From Piromyces finnis finn (lineage: Eukaryota; Fungi; Neocallimastigomycota): a DNA stretch of 64,000 bases. The translations under genes were made by a program, and so were the position numbers. Under the pieces are notes generated by a model. That model was not told the DNA's origin. It was given only the letters and a program-made list of their open reading frames with translations, and made no database searches. Within the stretch, counting starts at the first letter, position 1, and each line of letters starts with the position of its first letter. Positions 12,931 through 26,367 of this stretch are shown piece by piece. Where the stretch lies: assembly GCA_002104945.1 (NCBI GenBank), contig MCFH01000036.1, positions 434,001 through 498,000 on the forward strand, in the 5' to 3' direction.

Positions 12931-13614
12931 CACCGAGCCAAAGATCAAAATTTTGTCATGGAACAAAATTATGATCTCCATTGGTTGCGCTGGCCCTCCT
13001 GGCCTGTCTTACTGTTTCTTCAGCATTGACGCTCTTGGATGTTGCTTCAAACCTTTTGAACATTGACCAACTAATATTATTATTTCTACTACTACTATTG
13101 TTATTATTACTATTGTTACTATTATTATTACATTATATTAGAATTTACTATTATTATAATATTATAATTTTGATTGATTTTCCTTTTAAGTTCTTTTAAT
13201 AAATGCATTTTTTTCCCTCTTAAAAAAGGTCATTGTTATTACTTAACTATTTAAAGTACTAATAACAATATCATTATTTTATTATACCTGAAAAATTAAT
13301 TAAAAAATTCATTACCTTATGTAATAATAAATTTCTTAAATACACCTAATACCACTTCATTTAAATCATATATTTAATAACAAAATATTTATTACTAACT
13401 TTATAACATCAATTTTTTAAATATACCATAAAATAACATCAACATTTAAATCACTTTATATTTTCATAACTCCTTAATTTCTTTACACTTTATAAAATAT
13501 ATAATACACAACACATTCTTCTTCGTTTTATGAATTTATATTTCAATTTTATATTTATATTGTTTATTGGTACTGGACAACGTTTAAATATAATACATTT
13601 AAAATTTACTGAAT

Positions 13615-14623
13615 CTATTTTTCGTTGACCTATAATTATTATTATAATAATATATAAATTAAAATCTTATGATCTATTGAATTTAAATTAATAATTATAT
13701 TTGAAAAAGATACTTACAACCTTGGTACCTCTTAAAAGACCAGTTCTTCTGGCAGCAATAAGACCGACCTTTTGACCAGCTGGAGCAGATCTTCCAAGAG
13801 TAGAAGCGTGACCAATGTGTTGGTGGTTACCACCACCGTGTGGGTGATCGACTGGGTTCATAGCAACACCACGAGTCTTTGGCCAGCTGTTACGCTTAGC
13901 CTTGAACTTGTAGAAGGCACGACCGGCCTTTAAGAGTGGCTTATCAATACGACCACCACCAGCAACAATACCGATTTGAGCTCTGCAGGTATTGTCAATA
14001 ACCTTCTTAGCACCACTTGGAAGCTTAATTCTGGTCTTACCATCTTCTGGGGAGTGACCAATAATAGTAGCGTAGTTACCGGAAGTACGAGCAATGCAAC
14101 CACGGTCACCAGTCTTTTCTTCAACGTTACAGATGATAGTACCTTCTGGCATAGCAGCAACTGGAAGAATGTTACCAACGTTAAGGTTGGCTAATAATTT
14201 AAAAAAATAAAATAAGCATAATTTAATAATCAATTATTTTCCATAAAACTTTTTTATAATACTTAAATATATACCCTTCTTTCCGGCGTAGATGAATTGA
14301 CCAGTGTACATTCCTTCGGTAGCGACCATAAGGGTAGAAACTAAACGGTACTTGTATGGATCACGGAAAACAATTCTGGCAAGTGGAGCACCACGACCAG
14401 CATCGTGAATGATTTCCTTAACAAGACCACGGACGTAACCGTTTCTAATATATTTTAATAATATCTCGTTAATATTAAGAACTTAATTATAAGTCATTAC
14501 TTATTAATATTACCTTTCGGCGTAATCAAGAGGTCTCATTTGAGCAGCACCCTTTCTGTGTTTGGTGTGGGAGGTGAAAATTGAACCCGCACCCTTACGT
14601 TGACCACGAATGACACGACCCAT
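13615..14623 (-). CDS. RPL2: 60S ribosomal protein uL2 (yeast L2 / metazoan L8), 4 exons
   Basis: Exons 14623-14514, 14444-14275, 14190-13718 and 13629-13615 give [16 protein letters not shown]...[25 protein letters not shown]...[11 protein letters not shown]|VNEK*. Codon usage is that of a highly expressed gene. Confidence 0.98.
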
Positions 14624-14848
14624 TTCGTATTACTATTAATACATATGATTTACAATTTTTTAAAAATTAAATAATTAAATTAATAATTCATCCATTATTT
14701 TTTATTAAATACATTTATTAATTCTTTTTTTAAAAAATTCATTCATAAAACACATTATTACCTAATATGATACGTGTATGTTAAAAAGAGAAAGATCTTA
14801 ATTTTTCCTCAACTTTCACTTATTTTGATAGAGTTCAAAAAAAATTAT

Positions 14849-14890
14849 GGATTGGACCATATCTTGAAAAATTTATGTATAGCCAATCAT
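14849..14890. promoter_or_regulatory. Paired CCAAT boxes upstream of RPL2
   Basis: GGATTGGAC at 14849 and AGCCAATCAT at 14881, 230-260 bp upstream of the RPL2 ATG. Confidence 0.5.
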
Positions 14891-15215
14891 ATAAAACTAA
14901 TATTTTTATTTATTCTATGTAGTACAAAATACGTAAAATAAAATACATGATGGTATTACAAAATTACTAGCTTAATACAAGTTTTAATTAATAATGAATA
15001 TATTTTTTTTTCTGAATTAGTTACATAAGAACATAAAATATAAATTTAAAAATATATTTTATTATACATATTATTTATAATTTAATTTTTAAATCAAAAT
15101 CTACATTTACATAAAATAATAATAATATATTCTAAATATTTTTATCTAACTTAATATATATAATATTAAATAAAATAATATAAAAAAAAAGCTTATCTAT
15201 AATCTAATTTAAACA

Positions 15216-17995
15216 TTATTTATTATTAGGATTTAATGAAGAAATATCATTATCATCATTACTAAGATAATTATAATATGTATTAGATTGAAGTGATTGT
15301 GTATTTTTTTGTGGAGTAGGGTTTATAATATCTGATGGCATGTACAAATAATTAAAATTAGTGTTACTATTTTGAGTAAATGAATCTGAATTTGGTGTTA
15401 TATTTTTCGATATTATTTGTGGATATAAGTTAGTTGATGCTGTTGCAATATCATGAATTGGCAATGTAGTATACATTGGAATTGAATTATTTGTTTGACT
15501 TTCATTTATATTAAAAGAAACTTTACTATTAAGTAATTGTTTAGGTTGTGACGATGTTGAATATTGAGATAATGCAGGTATATCAATAGTTTTTATTGCA
15601 GCTTGAAGAGATAGCAATGAAGAGCTTGAGTTATTCTGACTAGAATCTGACTGATTCGATGATGGTTTTAATGAACTGTCATATAAAGAACCTTGTTGTT
15701 TAGAAATTATAATTGATTTTTCAGTTTGTATTTGTTGATGATAATTTGATGGAATAGTTGAATTATAAAAAAAATTATTTTGATTAGAGTTATTATCATT
15801 TTCTTTAATTACAACATCTGAATTTAGATTCTTCATTTTTATTGAATTAATTTCACCTGGATTACTTATTATATTTAAACTTGATGGCTCAACATTATTA
15901 TTAAAATATGAAATTTTATTGTTAGAATTAAAATAATTTTGAATACTATTTAAAATGGTAATGAAATTAATCCATTTAGAAGAAGCAATAATATTATCTG
16001 TTACTGTGTCGTTAAATGTTAGTTGAGAATAAGATAATGATATAGGGTTTGGGTCAATACCATTTGCAATACAAGCATATTCATAATCATAATCAAAAAA
16101 TTTACAAATTTCAAAGAAACGCTCTAAATAAATTCTGGCTATTCTCCACCGACTTCTAATAGAAAACAATAAAGATATATGAATAGCTAAAAATCTTTCA
16201 TATTTCTTGTCAGGTTTTAATGAATTAATTCTTGTATTTAAAATATTGACTAATATTACAATACAACTTTGAAATATACAAAAAATAAAAAATGGTGAAA
16301 TAATAGTAATACTATTTGTTTTATGTAAATTATCCAATATTTTCGTTATAGACTCAACAGATGACATACAGATATCATATGAATGAGATGAAAACCAATA
16401 ATTTCTTAAATTTAATGCTTCTTCAATATCTGTATTTGCATTATTTTTTATAATAGGTTGATGTAATAATAATAAAACAGTATAATAATTAACAAGTAAA
16501 AATGAATTTAACCAAATTGTTTTTACATTTGAATCAAATTTTTCAATATTTGAAATATCTTCTGGAAGAGATCTAAACCAATTTTTTAATGATGTATCAA
16601 GAAGAGTTATATCAGAATCAGTTGTGATGGAATATTCATTATTAATTTTTTCATGTTGATGTTCTTTAAATGTTAGAACTTTTCCAAAAAGCGCACCCAA
16701 TATAATTTGTCTTGAAAATAAATTTAATTCAACAGAGGTTGATGTAGGCATATAAGGTAATTCAGATTTAAAATAGATTTGCTGAAATTTTTGGGCTTCA
16801 TATTCCTCATCAGTTTTGATTTTTTCCCAAATATTAGAACTAACAGGTAAAGCAATAAAAGTATTATTTTCATCTATAAGTAGTGGTCTACCTGTAAAAG
16901 CACTAACATACTTATCCTTTATGAAAATAAATAAAATTAATAAAAATAAAAATAATTATATTTTTAAATTTAACTAAGAAATCATTTTTATTTTAAACAT
17001 GATAAATACATTTAAATAACAAATCCACCATAATCTCTTTCTATATTCCTTTTCAAATGGACCAATATCTTTTTCATCTTCACTAGAAATTTCAAAATTA
17101 TATTTTAAAAATTGAGCCATTCTATGAGCCATTCCAGAATATATCCTGTTTATATTATTAAAATTTTATTACTATATCTCAATTTAAAATAATTATTTTA
17201 ATTTATTACTAATTATAATTACCATTCCGAAGAACCAATAGACATTCCAGAAAAATGTACAGATAATATTATTAAGGCTTGCAAAGTTTCCATTGATGGT
17301 TCATTTAATTTTTGTTCTAATAAATATTTTACTTTTTTAAGTAATTCAGTTTCCGAACAATAATCTTCGGGGTTATCGATATATCTTGTTGATACTAAAT
17401 ACATAGTGTTAAGAAGTAAGGATGAAACTCTATTAATTGGCTTTATTTTATCGTAAAATGTTAATTCATGAATTACAGGCATATGTGAGTTAACGGATTT
17501 GAAGAAAATTTCTATTAATGGAAATATAACTTCTGTTTCCATTTCCTCGGGAATATCTTGAATAGTATTGAAATCATCATTTCCATTATTTAAATTTAAA
17601 TTTTCATTGCTTATTTCTTGATTTAAATTAGTATCATTATTGTTACAAATTGTATTTCTATTTTTCTCATTTACCTCTTTAATACAATTAACTTTAGAAT
17701 CATTTTTTGAATTTAAATCAACATTAATTTGATTTGAAAAGCTATTAATTCCTTGGTCCATTAAAAACGATTCCATATCTCGAATTTTCTTTTCCATAAT
17801 ACCTATATAACCTGCTCTAGGACCACGTTTTTTTGTTCTTGGCGAAAATACACAAGGAATTTTTGCATCGATACAATTGGAGCATGGATTGTTACCATTA
17901 CACTTTATTTTTTTTTTATGACAAGCATCACATGCCTTTGAAGATCTTTTTCTTTTTAATTTTAAAGTGTTGTTTTTATCTGTATCCTCAATCAT
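15216..17995 (-). CDS. Zn(II)2Cys6 fungal transcription factor with fungal-specific TF middle domain (3 exons)
   Basis: Contains CDACHKKKIKCNGNNPCSNCIDAKIPC (Zn2Cys6 cluster). The middle-homology motifs ETLQALIIL, YSGMAHRMA, KRLWWICY and DKYVSAFTGRP are joined across introns ~17222-17146 and ~17010-16917. Confidence 0.93.
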
Positions 17996-19027
17996 TTTAT
18001 TATATGCTTCTTTTTTTTCTTTTTTTTTATAAAAAAAAAGGGGTATAATTATTTCTATAAATTAATAATGGTGCAATTATTAAAATAATAATTTATATAT
18101 ATAAAGAAATAGTTTTTTTTTTTTAATAAAAAAAGAAGAAAGAAAAAATAATGTAATTTTAATATAATAAAATAAACGAATTTTAATAGATGAAAAAATA
18201 TTTAGTTTTTATATTTTTAAAAAATTACAAAAAAACATTTGCTTCGTCTACATCTTAATTTTTATAGTTTTAACACTGCTAAAATTTCAATAATCAAAAA
18301 AAAAAAAAAGGTTAAATATTTTTTAATTTTTTAATATAAAAACAACAAATTAGGTTAAAATTTTTAATTCTAACCCGTTAGATTTATTAAATTAAAGATA
18401 GGATAGCTCTTTAAAAAGTGTTTTGTATATTTTGAGAATTGTATTAATTATTATATTGATACCATTAATTAATTATTGATCACCAACAGTAGTAATTTAT
18501 ATTCATGTTTATTAAAAATTTGTATTCCAAAATATGATAACATACAATAACAAATTAATATCGAAGCAAAAAATCTATTCAACGAACTCAAATGGTTAAA
18601 TACTAAGTAATAGGATAATAGGATATATACAACGTTTTTCAAAAAAAAGCTACAATTTAATATGATTTTTATATATAGGAGAAATGGACTTTGTAGTAGT
18701 TAAAAGAATCAAAAATTAAAATTATCTAAAAATTATAATTATATATAAATAATACAATTTTTTGTTGTATACTCAAGTCTTTTATCTTTCATATCTTTCA
18801 TATTTGATATTTAAGAAAAGTTATTTAGTTTATAAATAAATGAATATTAATATATACTAAATAAATTAAATTTAGTGAATAATTAAATAAATTTAAACTT
18901 CAACTTAAAAGTATATATTTAATATAACTTAAATAAAAATAGAATAAAATAAAGACTGTAGTAAAACATAATTGATAATTAACAATTTCAAATAAAGACA
19001 AATTAAAGGAAAACAAAAACAAAAACA

Positions 19028-19029
<2 letters not shown>

Positions 19030-19112
<83 letters not shown>
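19030..19112. repeat. (AAT)n microsatellite
   Basis: Direct trinucleotide array in the divergent intergenic region between the Zn2Cys6 and HRI genes. Confidence 0.95.
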
Positions 19113-19115
<3 letters not shown>

Positions 19116-20056
19116 TAAACAAAAAACAAAGAAAAAAAAAAAAAAAAAAAATTCAAAAATTCAAAAATAAATATAGAAACAAAAATAACAAAAATAATTG
19201 TATATATTATATTAATATTTTATTTAATAAATTATAATTAAAAGTTAGTAATTATTATCAATCAGAAATTATAATTAAATTTCTTTATTTTATTTTATTT
19301 TTTTTTATCTTTTAAATAATCAAATATCATTTATCTATTTATACGATTATTTATATATATAGATTGTAGGAATTGAGGTTCATTTTAAATATATATAATA
19401 ATAAAGATGTTGAATTAAATAATAATACAATACAATTCAGGAATTGATTAAAATGCAAAATATATTGTTTTAATTATAATATATATATATATACCATAGC
19501 TATTCAAATAAGTTTAATATTGTATAGCTTTTTTTATTATTGTTTTTTTTTTTTAATAAAATAATAGCTGAAGTAACAATTTTTTTAATATCTATTAATA
19601 GTAATAACAATAAAAAATAAAAAAAAAAACAATAATTAATCTACTATATAAATTGAAATTTTGAAAAAAATTAATATTTTTTAGTTATCAATTAGTAGTT
19701 AAAATATAAAAAGTATTCTTTCCACTTTTCTTTCTTTCTTTTATTTATTTATATTTTTACTAGCATTTTTGTATATATCAATAATAAATATTAAACAATA
19801 AACATTTTAGTAGATTTTTTATTTATATTTATTTTAACTATCTTTATTATAATTCATAAAAGAATATTTTTATTTTTATTTTCTTCTTAAGAGTACAGTA
19901 CAAAAAATATATATAAATGATAAAGACAATTTTGTAAGGTTTCTTTGATTAAATTAAATTTGAAATTTAAATTAAAATTTTGTTTCTTTATATCCTATTT
20001 AGTAACAAAAAATAAAAAATAAACAACAACAACAACAATAGTAAGATAAAACAAAA

Positions 20057-23000
20057 ATGTCAAACAGCGATAATAAAAATTTTATAGGGACTAATTCTTT
20101 ACATATTGAAGAATTAGGAAGTGATTATTCATCTTCAAAAGATTTATATGAGGAATCAAGTTCGAAATTCAATAATTACGATGAAAACGTTTTTCAATTT
20201 AATTCAAACAACAACAACAACAATAATAATTCCTTTGATGTTTCGAGGAATGACATAAATGGTAAGTAATTAAAAAATAAATATGTATTTTTAATATATT
20301 TGATTTCTACATAAAATATAAGATTAATTTACTAATTTTTAAATTTCAAGATATCGTATATTCAAACAGTAATAAAGAAAATTTGAAATATAAGTTAGTT
20401 AAACAAAATTCAGAAAGAAATAATCGACAAGGAAGATTACTATTAGTATCATTATTAGAAAACTTTTGTGCGATGTATGATCAATCACCACAAACAAATC
20501 AACAACTTTTTTATGTTATATGTAAACAATTATCAAAAATGGGTGTAATATATATATATATATAAATATTTTGTTTATTATATATGTAATAATGAAAATA
20601 TCAAATTTAATAATAGATAATAGAAGAAGAAGATTTTATGGAGGAGTTAGCTTCTGTACGTTCAACATATAAAAAAGCATTTAAACAGTTAATAATTCAA
20701 GCGTTGATGGCGATAAGGGTATTTAAAATTTTGAGTATTTACAATTGTGTTTAATATATGAAATTTAAACATTATAAATACAAAAATACATTATAGGAAG
20801 AAAATATGTATAATTCAAGATCATTGTTAATGCCCCCATCAGTTGATGATTTGAAATCATCAACATCAGATAATAATATGGAAAATTTTCAAAGGTAATA
20901 TAAAATTATAGGTATTATATTATTACTTATTATTAAAGTTTTACATTTAACAATATCATAATAAATGTATGGTATAGTAATTCATATGGAAGTTCAATAC
21001 CAAATTTTAAAACTTTTGAAGAGAATATGAAAAGTAATAATATTTTAGATTTTCTTGATTTTGGAAGAAGTCGTTACTTAGATGATTTTATTCAAATAAG
21101 GAGGTTAGGAAAAGGTGCGTTTGGTGCAGTATTTGAAGTAAGTAATTATCATATAGGTTTAATACGATAATAAAAATTGAAATATAATTTTAGCTAATTT
21201 ACTTTATATATGATATATACTGTAAAGGCTGAAAATAAGCTTGATGGTCTAAGATATGCTGTAAAAATTATAAGAATACCTTCATTAAAAGATTTATTTA
21301 TTGACAAGGTAATATTTATGTTTGTATATTTATGCATAACATGTTCAAAATTAAGATTTATACATTTATTTATAATATTATTTAGATTATAAATGAAGTT
21401 AAATTTTTGGCACGGTTGGATCATAAAAATGTTATAAGATATTATTCAGCATGGTTAGATAATGATTCACCAGTTTTTTTCATAAGTGATGATGATGATT
21501 CAGAATTTGAATCCGAAGAGGATGAAGATGAAATATTTGAAACCAATAATATGAATAATAATATAAAATTTATAAATGACCCTTTTTTTATAAGAAATCA
21601 AGCATATCCACAAGTGCCATTTGATCCTTCGTCATATAGTAGCAGAGGAATATATATAGAAGAATTAGACTCAGATATATCATTATCTTCATCCAAGTTA
21701 TTTGATAAACGGAGTGTATATTCAACATCTAATAGATCAACACTGAATCCTCAACCTAGTTATCAGTCTAGTCATTCCTTTAATAGCAGATATAGTAGGA
21801 GTTATAATAGAACCAGTAATTTAGGAAGTTATAATAGCAATAATTTTAGATTTTATGATGATGATAATAAAAATATTTCAAAAACAGTTATGGATAATAA
21901 TTTAAATAAACATAACCAAATAAATACTATCATAAAGGACTCTGTTAATAATGATTTATCAAAAAATAAAAATAGTAAAAGTTGTTTTGATGATAATGAA
22001 AAAAATAAAAATAAAAGTAATTTAAAATTTAATCAAAAAATATATGAGAGTGAAACTGAAACAAATACAGATATAAGTTTGGAAATTGAATTTGAAAAAA
22101 ATTCTTCTAATGATGATATTGAATCATCGTTAGATTCTGATATGGAAACAAATTCAGATTTAAATACAAATTCAAATACAAATACTACTTCAGAATCCGA
22201 GACAGAAACAGAAAGTGAGACAGAATCAGAATCTGATAATGAATCAAAATTTCAATTAAGGCCAAAAGCCGTGTCGAATCATAATGTAAATGAAGCAGAA
22301 ATAGAAACTACAAATAGTACTCACATGGAAACTGATGAAACTAGTATTTCAATAGAATTTCAAAAAACAGAAGAAAGTTCCACGTCTTCTTTATCAGATC
22401 CAGAGAGTGTTACTCATTCATTTTATGTGAATCCAAAAGATATAAATGACTGTGAAGAAAATAGTAGCCAGAGTGAAGAGGCAGATTATGATAATAACCT
22501 CGAAGATATGGAGGATGATGATTTCTTTAATAATAGTTCATTTTTGTCACCTTATCATATTAATAATTCATTTAAAAGCAACTCTAATATTCTTAATAAT
22601 AATAAAGCTAGAAGTAATAATAAGACTCAAGAAAATATAATGTTAGAATTAAAAACTGTAAGTGATTTTAATATAAAAATGACTAAGAACAAAAATCTTA
22701 CTGCTAAAGATATTCAATATAATGTTCATTCAGAGGAAACTAGAAGTGTAAGAAAATTTGAAAAAAAATTTGGGGTAAATGGTAAAGAATATGAAATTAA
22801 GATTGATAAAGTAGTTGATAATAATAGTAGCTTGAATGCATATTATAATTCAAAAATTAATGTAAAGTCACGGCATAATAATTTTGATGGTAGTTTGAAG
22901 GCTAATTATACACATAAAATAAATAAACAAAATCTTAATTTGTCTGATATACACTCTTCAAAAGATAGTCTTAAAAATAATTTATATGATAATGAATTAA

Positions 23001-25333
23001 TATTTATGATGGAAAATGAAGTATCTCAAGATGATGCATTTTTGATGAAGGATTCATCAAATAAAAAACTAAATACTAAATTAGGTAAATTTATTTATTT
23101 TAAATTAGTATATTATACAATAATTCATAAATATATAAAATAATATTTATTTTTTAATTTTAAAAATACATTATAACAAAATTTATAATTAGAGCAAGAA
23201 CAAAACAGAAATATTGGTTTTACTTTAACTAAAACAAGTAAGGAAGAAGAAGATAATGATATTACCTTAAATTCTAAGCCAATAAACTCAAATAAGACTT
23301 TTGATTCTGTTAAATATAAAGACAATTTATCACGGTCTATTCCAATAAATATTAATAGAAAGAAATGGAGAGATACAAAATACTCAAATTCATATATAGA
23401 TAGAACTAATATAAAAATGAAAGAAAGTAAAGATAGTTTATCATCAAGTTATCCAGAATATGTTTCTTCTTCAATTTCATTTTCTAAACAAATTGAAATG
23501 ATGGATTTAAGCAATTTAAGCAAATTAAGTAAAGAAAATACCATAAATAGCTCATTACCAAATAATTCAGTTTTTTCAGAGTCAAATCAAAATATACCTA
23601 GTAATTCATTCATTTCAAAATCATCAAAAAAAGCATCATTATACTCTAAAGCAACTTCAAATCATTCAAAAATTCAGAACTCAAATAATAAAATTATTCT
23701 TAACACGAAACCAAAAATAAATAAAAAAAAGAAAGAAAAGGCGGCTTCTCAATCTGATATTATATTATGTATTCAAATGCAACTCTGTCAAGTTACTCTC
23801 CATGATTACTTACAAGATAGAAATAAATTATTAAATGAATCAAGTAATTTAGTTGATGAAAAAGGTTATCCTCTTATTGATGAAGAAGAAAATTATCACA
23901 TTTGGTGTGATGTCATTGAAGGGGTTAAATATATCCATTCTAAGGGATTAATTCATAGGTACGTAGTTAAAAATATTATATATAAGAAAATAATTTAATT
24001 AATAAGAATAAAAAACTATTTTAATATACTAAAATTTTAATATATATATATTCTAAATAATTATAATTTATATAGGGATATAAAACCAAATAATATTTTT
24101 TGGGTACCAAATGATCCTAATGTATCACCCAAACTTAAACTAAAACTAAAAGAAGGTGTATGGAAATTAGGTGATTTTGGACTTATGACATCAGATATGC
24201 AAAATGAATTAGGCAAATTTTCCAGTACTAATAATTCTAATAATAATAATGATAATCACAACAAAAACAACAAAAATGAAAATAAAAGCAATTATACTAG
24301 TATTGGAAGCCAGAATATATCAAATTTGGCAAGTAATAGCAATTCCGATGAACAGAATTGTACTAAGTTAGCTAATTATCTTCCACAGTCATCTCATACT
24401 ATTGGAATTGGGACTGTTAGTGTAAGTAAAATATAAAATGATAATTTTATAAAGATTGATATAGAATTGTAAAAAATAATAAATAAGTAGAATAACATAT
24501 ATTTTGTTCATTTATTAATTTTATGTAATTTAAAATATATATTAATAAAATCTAGTATGGATCACCTGAACAATTGGATGTTAATAACACCAATCCATAT
24601 AATTATACCATTCAATCAGATATATATCCATTAGGTATAATTCTTTTTGAATTGTATTTCCCATTTTCAACAGCAATGGAAAGAGCTAAAGCATTTTATG
24701 ATCTAAGAGAAAAACAAATATTACCAGAAAAATTCGTAAAAAGATTTCCACAGGAAGCGGCTATTGTATTATGGTTAACTCAAAAAGATCCAGAAAAGCG
24801 TCCAACTGTCAATGAACTTTATAATTGGAATGTTTCAACCATTATTAAATCTAAATTCTCAAAACAATTCACTACAAAAGTAAGTTCATCTACTATTGAT
24901 GATATAACAAAGGGTGATATATTAAATGGTGGAATTATTATTAGTAAAGAAATTGAAAATAATCAACAAATACATTCAAATATCGTAAGCTTATTATTAT
25001 CATTATTATTATATTTAAATTTATACATTAATAAAATACATATTAAAATCATTAGCAATTAAATGATATTTTTATTAACTACATTTTTTTTTTAATTTTA
25101 TTTTATTTTAAAAAAACTATAATAATTAGAATTTTAGTGAAAATATGCTTTTGTTGTCGAACTTTTTAGAACTATCGATGAAAGACAAAATTATAAAATC
25201 GAAAGAGGAAGAAAACATAGCATTAAAGAAGCAAATTGAAAATATAAAAGCAAAAGAGGAAGAAAATTTAGCTTTAAAAAAGCGAATTCAAGAATTAGAA
25301 TTACAATTGTCAAATAAAAATGAAAATAAGTAA
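20057..25333 (+). CDS. HRI1: HRI-type eIF2-alpha kinase (~11 exons)
   Basis: The N-terminal HRI block is LLVSLLENFCAMYD...ICKQLSKMG|IIEEEDFMEELASVRSTY. Kinase motifs are SRYLDDF..LGKGAFG, KLDGLRYAVK, ARLDHKNVIRYYSAW, CIQMQLC, IHR|DIKPNN, KLGDFGL, GIGTVS|YGSPEQ and SDIYPLGIILFELYFPFSTAMER. A large insert lies between subdomains IV and V and there is a C-terminal coiled coil. Confidence 0.9.
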
Positions 25334-26045
25334 AGAACAATATAAAATAATAATTTTATAAATTAATAAATAACAAAATAAAATAATTATTTAATTATTT
25401 TTTATCATTACTATTGTCCAAAAATATAATGTATATAACAAATATAATAATTTTTATATAAATACCCTATATATATATTTTATAAATTTTATTTATTTAT
25501 TTGATGGATAGAGAAATGCAATAAAACTTTAAAATATTATATAATTATATTATATTTAGTCTCACAATTTTTATTTAAATGATGTTTTTATTTAGTTCTA
25601 ATTTAAATAAAATTTTAAAATTTTGATATTAGAATATACAAATATAATTAATTTTATATTTATATTTTAGTATTTGTTTTTGCTTTATTCAATTGATAGA
25701 AAAATAGTGAATTTGTAACACTTATTTTTTTTTTAACTTTTTATTTATATGGTATATGAGGAACAAAAAAGTTTATTTTAATAATTATCAGTAAAAAATA
25801 CAATATAATACAAAAAAATAAAAAAAAAGTTGCATATTTATATGTTTATATCAATATATCAATATAGATAAATAATCTTTTTTTTTTTCTATTTTATTTT
25901 ATTTTATTTTATTTTATTTTATTTTAATTCTAATCTTTATAAAGAATGGATTATTCATAAATAAAATTTATCTTTTTTATTTTATTAATCCAATAACATT
26001 TATTTTAAATATTAAATAAGAAATTAATAAAAAGTATATTTTTTA

Positions 26046-26078
<33 letters not shown>

Positions 26079-26367
26079 AAATAGCAAAAAGAAGAAATAA
26101 AATAATAGTTAAAGTAAAAAAAAAAAAAAAAAAAAATTAAGAAATAAAGAAAAGAAAAGGAAATAAATAAAAAAAAAAATAGTAAAATTATATTAATATA
26201 AAAAAAGAAAAAGAAAGAAAATAAATAGAATAGTAAATTATCTAATAAAAATTATATAAGAATATCATTGTCATTATCATAGATAACAACTAGAGTTAAT
26301 GAATTAATAATAAATCTTTGATAGCATTTTTAGTAATAATAAATATTTTGTAAAATTGAAGAATAAA

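Noticed and set aside
13005-13030. CTGAAGA on the minus strand resembling a hammerhead ribozyme core
   Set aside because: No stem II followed by GAAA, and no stem I/III arrangement.
12981-13199. Signal-peptide-like ORF MVALALLACLTVSSA
   Set aside because: It starts at TTG and runs into a (TTA/CTA)n poly-Leu tract. It is more simply explained as a by-product of the GC-rich island.
18370-18377. CTAACCCG, telomerase-template-like
   Set aside because: Too short, and with no surrounding structure or GC-rich context.
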